Part shown: in pieces, positions 31,548 to 40,393 of the stretch | Position numbering within the stretch: the first letter of the stretch is position 1 | Layout of the letters: every line of letters starts with the position of its first letter | Assembly (NCBI GenBank): GCA_963422265.1 | Contig: OY729416.1 | Span: forward strand, 1,696,001 to 1,760,000 | Origin: Thermodesulfobacteriota bacterium | Lineage (GTDB): Bacteria; Desulfobacterota_D; UBA1144; Nemesobacterales; UBA2774 | Direction: 5' to 3' | DNA length: 64,000 bases | Made by a program: the position numbers and the translations under genes | Notes under the pieces: model-generated | Told to the model about the DNA's origin: nothing | Databases searched by the model: none | The model's input: only the letters and a program-made list of their open reading frames with translations

Positions 31548-32216
31548 TTAAGCCCTCGTCCGAACTTCCCTGATGATCTTATCCACGACCGCGTCAGCGT
31601 TAAAATTAGTAGTATCTATTATTACTGCATTACTAGCAGGATGCAAGGGAGACACCGAGCGTTCCACGTCTTGCTTATCTCTGAGTCGGATCTCCTCTCT
31701 TATATCGTCCACTTTTACCGCTGCTGATTCCAACTCTCTCCACCTTCTTGACGCGCGCTCGTCAAGAGTGGCGTCTAAATAAAACTTAAAATCCGCGTCT
31801 GGAAATACGTAAGTTCCCATGTCTCTCCCCTCAATCACTACGTCGCCGTTCTTTGCAATTTCTCTCTGTATAGAGACGAGTTTATTCCTTACTACCTTCT
31901 TAGTGGCTACGTCTGAGGACAGACGGGTTATTTCTCGCGTTCTGATCTGATCGGTTACGTCTTCGTCGTCTAGTCTAATAACCATACTGTTCGCGCCCTT
32001 GTTCTCAAAACTGATATTGACGTTAATCATAAGGGATTTAAGACTATCCTCATCGTTAATATCGACCGAATTTCTTTTTGCCTGTAGAGCCACCACCCTA
32101 TACATGGCTCCCGTGTCCAGATATGTAAATCCCAGCCTTCTCGCTACGGATTTAGCCGCCGTGCTTTTTCCGACCCCTGAAGGTCCATCTATCGTAATGA
32201 TTAAACCTCTTTTCAT
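31548..32216 (-). CDS. cmk: Cytidylate kinase
   Basis: IDGPSGVGKST, YLDTGAMYR, EGRDMGTYVFPDA. Confidence 0.96.
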   Translation of the reverse strand: MKRGLIITIDGPSGVGKSTAAKSVARRLGFTYLDTGAMYRVVALQAKRNSVDINDEDSLKSLMINVNISFENKGANSMVIRLDDEDVTDQIRTREITRLSSDVATKKVVRNKLVSIQREIAKNGDVVIEGRDMGTYVFPDADFKFYLDATLDERASRRWRELESAAVKVDDIREEIRLRDKQDVERSVSPLHPASNAVIIDTTNFNADAVVDKIIREVRTRA

Positions 32217-32294
32217 TTATGGTGCGTATCTCACGAAAGTCGTAGTAAGTAAAATACCTAAGAGCCAAGGCGGATGACAATAGATATAAGGAAC

Positions 32295-33290
32295 TGGATT
32301 CCTACTCGGAGGCGGGAATGATGAAAACACCCTCACCCTGTACCCCTCTCCCAGAGGAGGGAGAGGGGGAAAAGACTAGGTTTCTCAGTTGTGCTTTGTC
32401 GTTAGGCAAGCTCAGGAGTTAGAAAGGATATTCCCCTCCTTTTGTAAAGGCAAAGAAAAGGGTAACCACAAGGGTTACCCCTACAAGTTAAGGAATCCAA
32501 AGGGGGTGGGGGTAGGTAAGCAAGGAAGGAATTCGTGTTCCTCGACGCCTATCAAATCCCCCTGTATCCCCCTTTTCTAAAGGGGGAGAAGGAGATATTC
32601 CCCTCCTTTCGTAAAGGAGGGTTAGGGTGGATTTGCTTTGTGTTTGTAGGGGCGCGCCGCCTAGCGATGTCCTGATCGTGCTGAAGGATGGTTGTTCCAA
32701 GTCGTGAAGGTGATGGGTAACCACAAGGGTTACCTCTACGAAAGGAAGGGTGGGGTGAGAATTCATACCGCTCTGTCCGTCATTCCTGCGGAAACATCTC
32801 TCTGTGTATATTGCTAAGTAGGGAGATGGGGGATAAGGAATGTTTTCGTTCCCCGATGCCTATCAAATCCCCCTGTATCCCCCTTTTCTAAAGGGGGAGA
32901 AGGAGAAATTCCCCTCCTTTTGTAAAGGAGGGATAGGGTGGATTTTCTTTGTGTCTGTAGGGGCGCGCCGCCTAGCGATGTCCTGAGTGGTCAGTGTGTC
33001 ATCCTGAGTTTACCGAAGGTAGCATAGCCGAACTGCCTGCCGAAGGACGATGTGCTGAGCTTGTTGAAGGGTGGTCGCCCTAAGGTAAAGATAAGGGTAA
33101 TCATGCATATCCCCAACTTGATTGAGGAACTGTATTCCCGCTCGGGGGCGGGAATGATGAAAACTCCCTCACCCTGTGTCCCTATCCCAGGGGGAGAGGG
33201 GGCAAACGAGATTTCTCGGTTGCGCTTTGCTCTTCTTCGGTAGGCTCAGGATATCCTTGCTCCCCTTTCTGGATTACGGAGAATACGCAC
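32295..33290. repeat. REP mosaic
   Basis: ~32325-32650 closely matches ~17885-18205; ~32970-33070 matches ~17583-17683. Confidence 0.88.
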
Positions 33291-33311
33291 GGCTTTCTAC
33301 ACTAGTAAAAT

Positions 33312-33350
33312 AAAAAAAGGGGATAGGATGATGACTAACAACCTATCCCC
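33312..33350 (-). terminator. Intrinsic terminator (paralog of 18779-18814)
   Basis: GGGGATAGG...CCTATCCCC plus a T run. Confidence 0.8.
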
Positions 33351-33400
33351 CTACTAATTGTTACTATTCGTAACTGCTCTTATTACTTGTTAGCTACTAC

Positions 33401-34444
33401 TTACTTCTCAAACCTTCTCCACAGCCTACCGACTAAGATAAAAGCCGGGATTAGAAGGTATGCGACTGGGAAGGAAGAGCTAGAGCTCCCAGATGACGCT
33501 AAGGCGCATCCATCAGATCCTTTAGGTCCGCGCTCCCCTTGCGGTCCATCAGATCCTGCAGGTCCTGTTTCTCCTTGTTCCCCTCTCATCACAAGGTCTT
33601 TTACAACTTTTTTAATATTTTCTTCTTTCTTATCTTCTTCTGCTTCTTCCTTCGCTTCCTCAGTTAAGAAGCCGCCGACTACTAATTCGCCTACCATTAC
33701 TCTCTTCTTGCTGTCTTCACCTTCAATACAAGCCTTACCTTCAACGCAACTAGCACTATCAGCATTGTCTATATCCAGCAACTTCCCATCTTTCACAATC
33801 TTACCACCGCCTTTTTCAGTAACAGTTAGTAGTTGGATTGACTTGTCCCCACCTGTCTGCGATGTCTCAGCAGCCTCAGCTTCTTTTAGTTTTACCCACA
33901 GTAATAACTTCTCTAAGCTGCCTAGATGACCAAACATACCTTTGGGAAGAGGTAGTTTTACTGGGCTAGCCTTTGCACCAAGCTCAAGCACCGTCACGCT
34001 ACCTGCACCCTGAAATAAATCTTCGCCGCCTTCAAGTTGAAATTCTCCTTTTTTAGAGAAGACAACTAGCTTAAAAGAATCCGCGTACTTTTTTACAAAC
34101 TCTTGGTCGCAGATGTAATCGATTCCTTTACTTTCATTTCCTCCTTCAATAATATCTTCTTTGACGTAATCAACAGGGTCTTCAGGTTTTCCCGTCAAAG
34201 GGTCTGCCTTGATTGTAGCCTTTTTATCTTCCCCCATAATAAATGTGGGACCCATAAATCTGAGGACGGGTTTGTCACTCTCATTCCAATTCGCCTCGAT
34301 ATACTTACCGTCTGAACCACAAATTGCTGCCTCGGCTGTAGGCGTAAGAACGAACAAGCTACACAACAAAAAGCCAATAACCCCTATCCCCAACGTAATG
34401 CGGGGAAGTGAACTGCAAAAACTGATGATGCTACTAATAACCAT
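33401..34444 (-). CDS. Variable surface protein family A, copy 4
   Basis: N-terminus identical to copy 2, C-terminal tail identical to copy 1, unique middle; collagen-like GEQGETGPAGSDGPQGERGPKG. Confidence 0.85.
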   Translation of the reverse strand: MVISSIISFCSSLPRITLGIGVIGFLLCSLFVLTPTAEAAICGSDGKYIEANWNESDKPVLRFMGPTFIMGEDKKATIKADPLTGKPEDPVDYVKEDIIEGGNESKGIDYICDQEFVKKYADSFKLVVFSKKGEFQLEGGEDLFQGAGSVTVLELGAKASPVKLPLPKGMFGHLGSLEKLLLWVKLKEAEAAETSQTGGDKSIQLLTVTEKGGGKIVKDGKLLDIDNADSASCVEGKACIEGEDSKKRVMVGELVVGGFLTEEAKEEAEEDKKEENIKKVVKDLVMRGEQGETGPAGSDGPQGERGPKGSDGCALASSGSSSSSFPVAYLLIPAFILVGRLWRRFEK

Positions 34445-35010
34445 TTTACTACCTCCTCTAAGAATGAATTATGTTTTTTTACCTCTTATTACCTTCGCTA
34501 CTAACCCTGAAACCACCCGTTTACTAATGCTTGCTAAATACGCTTATCAAGGATTAACGAGGGAATAAGGAGGCATCTTAGGGAGCTATTAAGGTGTTGC
34601 GGGGGGATTTATGTAAGGAAGGGACTCTCGTTCCCTGATGCCTATCAAATCCCCCTGTATCCCCCTTTTCTAAAGGGGGAGAAGAAGATATTTCCCTCCT
34701 TTTGTAAAGGAGGGATAGGGTGGATTTTCTTTTTGTTTGTAGGAGGGGGACCCTAGCGCTGTCCTGAGTGGTCAGTGCGACATTCTGAGTTTACTGAAGG
34801 GGGCATAACCGCATTGCGCGCCGGGGGGTTAGGGAACGAGAATATTGCCTTATCCTCCCCCATCCCATCTGGATTCCTGCTTTCGCTTTATCCTTCTAAA
34901 CCCGTTATATCAGCATTTCTGTAGCTATTTATAAAGCAACTTGCTTGTTTGTTTATATTAGTTCGTGTAAAAATTAACTATATAGCAAGTATATTAAGGA
35001 GATAACAATT

Positions 35011-35664
35011 ATCTATAAGCAAGCATCCATCTGTCTTATAGGAATTCTTTTACTCACAGTTAGCCTATCAACCTCCTCTAGGGCGCAAGGGGCGCCGCAA
35101 GGACTTGCGGCGACACCTGGAAACAAAAAGGTGGAGTTGGAATGGGAGTATCCTGATGACGACAACATCGTTAGTTACGAGTTAAAGTGGTGGACTGATC
35201 CCGATTCTACTAAGTATAGCCATTACCAAGTCTGGGAGGGCATTCCGGAAAGTAATAAGAACACGACCACGTACACGGTGAGGGATCTGTGGGACGACGG
35301 CGTGTGGTATGGATTCCGCATCCGTGCGGTGTATGGCGGCGATGTTAAGGGACATCCGTCCGAGATCGTCCGCGCGACGCCAACTTCGACGCCGGTTTTG
35401 CCACCAGATAAGACTAAGGAGCAGGATTCACCTCACCCCCCCCCCCCCCCCACAATGAACGATAGCGGAAGCAGCGGGGGCTGCGCTCTTATTGGTGTAG
35501 GTGTAGAAGGAGAGGGTGAAGAAGGCGCTGGATTTTTAGCTATTTTATTTTTATTAGCGCTAATCCCCTCAGTTCGTATTTATAGGTCGAGGGTAGGCGG
35601 CTCACAAGCAGCCCCTGTTGTAGGGGTAATTACCTGTATCCCTCTCCCAGGGGGGAGCATGTAA
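35011..35664 (+). pseudogene. FN3 surface protein family B, copy 1; start codon is ATC
   Basis: Same RBS and signal-peptide DNA as 39255 and 40394 but ATC TAT AAG in place of ATG TAT AAG; frame open; C16 tract at 35436-35451; altered extreme C-terminus. Confidence 0.7.
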
Positions 35665-35940
35665 GGAAGGGGTTACGTTCCCTGCTGTCTATCAAATCCC
35701 CCTATATCCCCCTTTTCTAAAGGGGGGAATATGTGAGGAAGGGGTTACGTTCCCTGCTGTCTATCAAATCCCCCTATATCCCCCTTTTCTAAAGGGGGAG
35801 TGTATGAGGAATGTTTTCGTTCCTCGATGTCTATCGAATCCCCCTGTATCCCCCTTTTCTAAAGGGGGAGTATATGAGGAATGTTTTCGCTCCTCGACCC
35901 TCTTACTGTATGCCCGCTCGGGGACAGGAGTGACGGTGGG
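35618..35940. repeat. REP mosaic with three ~70-bp units
   Basis: Three AATCCCCCTRTATCCCCCTTTTCTAAAGGGGG units. Confidence 0.85.
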
Positions 35941-36043
35941 AGGGTATTACGGGGAGGAGTGAACAACGGTGGGTGTATATCTACCTGACGTATTCTCTAA
36001 CGTAGCCTTGCACCCATGCTAAAATCGTCTATCCTTTTAGGCT

Positions 36044-37009
36044 ATGTATGACGCGCGGACGACGAGGGAAACTAAAAAGGAACCTAGAAGGAAACCTGAT
36101 TGGATTAAGGCTCAAATTCCATCGGGTCCTAACTACAAGCGTCTAAAAAATCTGACGAGAGCTCTCGGTCTCCACACGGTTTGTGAAGAGGCTAAGTGTC
36201 CCAATATAGGCGAGTGTTGGGGGGCGGGCACGCTGACGTTTATGATACTAGGTGATACCTGCACTAGAAGCTGCGGATTTTGTCACATTAAAACGGGTAG
36301 GGGGGGCGAGATTGACTGGGATGAGCCGTTAAGGGTTGCCCAAGCCGTTAGCAAGCTGGCTGAGTGTAACGCTAGCGTGAGCCACGTTGTAATAACGTCC
36401 GTGAATAGAGATGATAGGAACTACGAGAGCGCGTGCGTTTTTGCTGAAACGATAAGAAAGGTAAGGGAATATAACCGCGATGTGAGGATTGAGGTTTTGA
36501 TCCCCGATTTCAAGGGGGATGCAAAAGCCCTTAAGCAAATTGTGAACGCAGCCCCCGACGTTTTGAACCACAACGTGGAAACGGTGCCGAGATTATACCG
36601 TCTTCCGCAGGAGGCGACTTCGGGTAAAATCCGCTCTGTGCGCCCGCAGGCGAGGTATGAATGGTCGCTGTCGGTTCTTGAGTGTAGCAAGAAGCTAGGC
36701 GGTAGTAATATGCTCACAAAATCAGGAATTATGGTTGGACTCGGAGAGGAGATAGAAGAGGTGATGGAAACACTTAAAGACATGCGCGACGCGGGCTGCG
36801 ACATTGTAACGATAGGGCAGTATCTTCAGCCAACAAAGGATCACATTCCCGTTTCAAAATACTATCACCCTATGGAGTTTGATTCGCTCAGGACTTATGC
36901 GGAGGGCATTCTTGGGTTGCCTCACGTAGAGGCTGGACCACTCGTTCGAAGCTCTTACCATGCCCATAGGCAGGTAGTTAAGCTGGGGCAGGGCGCAGTG
37001 GCGTCTTGA
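36044..37009 (+). CDS. lipA: Lipoyl synthase
   Basis: TVCEEAKCPNIGECW, CTRSCGFC, HNVETVPRL, TKSGIMVGLGE, GQYLQP, PLVRSSYHA. Confidence 0.97.
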   Translation: MYDARTTRETKKEPRRKPDWIKAQIPSGPNYKRLKNLTRALGLHTVCEEAKCPNIGECWGAGTLTFMILGDTCTRSCGFCHIKTGRGGEIDWDEPLRVAQAVSKLAECNASVSHVVITSVNRDDRNYESACVFAETIRKVREYNRDVRIEVLIPDFKGDAKALKQIVNAAPDVLNHNVETVPRLYRLPQEATSGKIRSVRPQARYEWSLSVLECSKKLGGSNMLTKSGIMVGLGEEIEEVMETLKDMRDAGCDIVTIGQYLQPTKDHIPVSKYYHPMEFDSLRTYAEGILGLPHVEAGPLVRSSYHAHRQVVKLGQGAVAS

Positions 37010-37154
37010 TTTTGGGCTTGGGCATGACTGTAGTTATTTAAGCGCTTTAGATGATCCCTGGCTTTCCGCTTGACAACCCCTTTAGCCTCACACATACTAG
37101 GCTGCGCAAAAGGGTGACTACAAGGGTTGCCCATAAGACCTGAGGCGTCATCCT

Positions 37155-38615
37155 ATGGATCTAAGCCAGCTTTTAAGAAGCACTCTTCTCATAGCCCCTG
37201 AGATAACCGTTATTTTTACAGGCGTTTTGTTGATAGCGATTTGTCCGATAGCAAAGGGATTGCTAAATAAAAGCCTTTTCTGGCTCGCATTAGTTGGATT
37301 ATCAGTTGGATTTTGCCTTAACATTAGCAGGTTTGGTGGCGTAGAAGTCGCCTTTGGTGGGGCGCTTTCTCTTGATCAGTTCGCCGCCTTTTTTAACTCT
37401 ATCTTCCTATTTGCCGCAGCGCTTACCATAGTTTTTTCAAGGGATTATCTGTCTAATGCTGGGCGCCCAAACGAGTTTTACGCTTTAATATTGTTTTCCA
37501 CTTCGGGGATGATGATATTAGCCTCTGCCAAAGAGTTCATGTCTCTGTTCATGGGTTTTGAGATCATGTCTATCTCAGTTTATATATTATCGGCTTTTAA
37601 CAGAAGATCGGTGAGATCCACCGAGTCTGGCGTCAAGTATCTTATACTAGGTGGATTTTCATCCGCCATTCTTCTTTACGGAATAGCTCTTCTCTATGGG
37701 GCTTCTGGCTCCGTGTATTTAGACCATATATTCAAAGGCTTTGACTTGAGCAATCCTCTATACCTTGCCGGTGGGGCGCTTGTGCTCATTGGTTTGATCT
37801 TTAAGATCGGGGCGTTTCCCCTTCACCAATGGGTGCCAGACGTCTATGAAGGAGCGCCTATGACCGTAGCTGGTTTTATGTCCGTCGGGGTAAAAGCCGC
37901 AGCCTTCGCAGTCTTGCTCAGGGTTGTCTTCGAAGGTTTAGGTCAGATGCAGGCTGACATTACGCCGGTTCTTTGGATAATCGCCGTATTTACAATGACG
38001 GTTGGGAACTTAGCGGCGATTGCCCAAAGCAGCGTGAAGCGTATGCTTGCCTACTCGAGCATAGCTCACGCGGGTTACGCTCTTGTGGGGGTCGTGGCGG
38101 CAGCGAACGGCGGGAACGCTCTCGCCGTTGGGGGTGTTCTATACTATTTATTTGCTTATGCCTTTATGAACTTAGGAGCTTTTGGCATATTGAGCTATCT
38201 TTCAAAAGACGGCAAGGAGAGCGAGAGCTTTGAAGATATAGCTGGTATTTGGAGGCGAAGGCCTTACGTAGCCCTTGCTCTAGGCGTGTTTATATTTTCG
38301 CTTGCGGGGATTCCTCCCACAATTGGATTTTTCGCCAAATATAGGGTTTTTCTTTCCGCCGTCCAGTCGGATTTCTACTGGCTAGCGGTAATTGGTGCGC
38401 TGAACAGCGTCGTGTCGGTTTATTACTATTTGAAGGTTCTAGTCTATGCCTATATGAAGGAAGACAAAGCTGCTTTTCCCTCCTTCAGGCTGGGTTCATC
38501 AGCCGCTTTGACGATTCTTGTTTTTGGCTCTCTTTTTCTTGGGGTGTTTTCATTTGCTTCCTGGGATATGGCGATAAGGGCTGCGGGGAGCATCCTTGTA
38601 GCCATCGGCGGGTAA
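37155..38615 (+). CDS. nuoN: NADH-quinone oxidoreductase subunit N
   Basis: ESGVKYLILG, FKIGAFPLHQWVPDVYEGAP, KRMLAYSSIAHAGY, SLAGIPP. Confidence 0.95.
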   Translation: MDLSQLLRSTLLIAPEITVIFTGVLLIAICPIAKGLLNKSLFWLALVGLSVGFCLNISRFGGVEVAFGGALSLDQFAAFFNSIFLFAAALTIVFSRDYLSNAGRPNEFYALILFSTSGMMILASAKEFMSLFMGFEIMSISVYILSAFNRRSVRSTESGVKYLILGGFSSAILLYGIALLYGASGSVYLDHIFKGFDLSNPLYLAGGALVLIGLIFKIGAFPLHQWVPDVYEGAPMTVAGFMSVGVKAAAFAVLLRVVFEGLGQMQADITPVLWIIAVFTMTVGNLAAIAQSSVKRMLAYSSIAHAGYALVGVVAAANGGNALAVGGVLYYLFAYAFMNLGAFGILSYLSKDGKESESFEDIAGIWRRRPYVALALGVFIFSLAGIPPTIGFFAKYRVFLSAVQSDFYWLAVIGALNSVVSVYYYLKVLVYAYMKEDKAAFPSFRLGSSAALTILVFGSLFLGVFSFASWDMAIRAAGSILVAIGG

Positions 38616-38642
38616 ATAATAAATTTGTAAGGTGGGGAGAAA

Positions 38643-38993
38643 ATGACTGAATTGGATGACTCGCAATTAAGCGAAAAAGCTGAAGAGGTCTTTAATAATG
38701 TTGTTGCGCCCGCGTTTCGTAATTTGTTAAACGATTATAACGGAGGGGGTTACGGCGTTAAGCTTGTTCCCGATAGCCCCTTGATAACTGGAATTGATAA
38801 ATACGCCTCTATAATGATAAGGCATCCGAACGGTGTTGAAATGGTGATCTGCGTTTACTGGATTGCGGGAAGCGACAAGCTTGCGGCGGAGAATATGCGC
38901 ATGGTTACGCTTCGCAAGACCTTTGATCTGTTCACCGTTACGAAGGATGAGCTTGAGGGGCAGGTTAAGTTTTTAGGTGGTATGCGGCGCTAG
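38643..38993 (+). CDS. Hypothetical protein
   Basis: 116-aa ORF with GGGGAG RBS, co-oriented after nuoN. Confidence 0.7.
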   Translation: MTELDDSQLSEKAEEVFNNVVAPAFRNLLNDYNGGGYGVKLVPDSPLITGIDKYASIMIRHPNGVEMVICVYWIAGSDKLAAENMRMVTLRKTFDLFTVTKDELEGQVKFLGGMRR

Positions 38994-39254
38994 GGAGGAT
39001 TTCTTATTTGTGTGTGGGCGATTTGAGCGACATTCTGAGTTTACTGAAGGGCGCATAACCGAATTGCGCGCCGGGGGTTAGGGAACGAGAATATTGCCTT
39101 ATCCTCCCCTATCCCCTCTGGATTCTTGCTTTCGCTTTATCCTTCTAAACCCGTTATATCAGCATTGCTGTAGCTATTTATAAGGTAACTTGCTTGTTTA
39201 TATTATTCGTGTAAAAATTGATTATATAGCAAGTATATTAAGGAGATAACAATT

Positions 39255-39863
39255 ATGTATAAGCAAGCATCCGTCTGTCTTATAGGGATTCTTTTACTCA
39301 CAGTTAGCTTATCGACCTCCTCTAGGGCGCAGGCGCCGCAAGGACTTGAGGCGCATGCTGGAAACAAAAAGGTGAAGTTGGAATGGGATTATCCTAATGA
39401 CGACAACATCGTTAGTTACGCGTTCAGGTTTTGGAGTTATGACGAGGAAACTGGCAGGAACCATGACCAAGTCTATAAGGGCATTCCGGAAAGTGATAAG
39501 AACACAACCAAGTACACGGTGAGTGGGCTGTACAACGACCTAGAGTATGGATTCCGCATCTGTGCGGAGTATGAGGACGTGGTGTGTGATAAAGATGATC
39601 CGGGAGTTGTTGAGTCCAATCCCGCCACCGTGACGCCAACTTCGACGTCGGTTTTGCCACCGGATAAGGCTGAGGAGCAAGATTCACCCCTCCCAATGAA
39701 CGATAGCGGAAGCAGCGGGGGCTGCGCTCTTATTGGTGTAGGTGTAGAAGGAGAGGGTGAAGAAGGCGCTGGATTTTTAGCTATTTTATTTTTATTAGCG
39801 CTAATCCCCTCAGTTCGTATTTATAGGTCGAGGGTAGGCGGCTCAAGCAGCCCCTTGTTGTAG
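39255..39863 (+). CDS. FN3 surface protein family B, copy 2
   Basis: Signal peptide; FN3 pattern APQGLEA..GN.KVKLEW...Y...YTVSGLYNDLEYGFRI.A; tail GGCALIG...FLAILFLLALIPSVRIYR. Confidence 0.88.
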   Translation: MYKQASVCLIGILLLTVSLSTSSRAQAPQGLEAHAGNKKVKLEWDYPNDDNIVSYAFRFWSYDEETGRNHDQVYKGIPESDKNTTKYTVSGLYNDLEYGFRICAEYEDVVCDKDDPGVVESNPATVTPTSTSVLPPDKAEEQDSPLPMNDSGSSGGCALIGVGVEGEGEEGAGFLAILFLLALIPSVRIYRSRVGGSSSPLL

Positions 39864-40292
39864 GGGTAATTACCTGTGTCCCTCTCCCAGGGGGAGAGGG
39901 GGAATATAGGGAATGTTTTCATTCCCCGCTGTCTATCAAATCCCCCTGTGTCCCCCTTTATCTAAAGGGGGAGAATATAGGGAATGTTTTTGTTCCTAGA
40001 CCCTCTTACTGTATTTCCGCTCGGGGGCAGGAATAATGGAAACACCCTCACCCTGTATCCCTCTCCCAGAGGGAGAGGGGGAAAAGACAAAATTTCTCGG
40101 TTGCGCTTTGTCGTTAGGCAAGCTCAGGAGTTAGAAAGGATATTCCCCTCCTTTTGTAAAGGAGGGATAGGGTGGATTTTCTTTGTGTCTGTAGGGGGGG
40201 GGGGAGGGGAGACCCTAGCAATGTCCTGATCGTGCTGAAGGATGGTTGTTCCAAGTCGTGAAGGTGATGGGCAACCACAAGGGTTACCCCTA
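39860..40292. repeat. REP mosaic
   Basis: Same modules as 17885-18000 and 32325-32730. Confidence 0.85.
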
Positions 40293-40393
40293 ATATCAGC
40301 ATTTCTGTAGCTATTTATAAAGTAACTTGCTTGTTTATATTATTTCGTTTAAAAATTAACTATATAGCAAGTATATTAAGGAGATAATAATTT

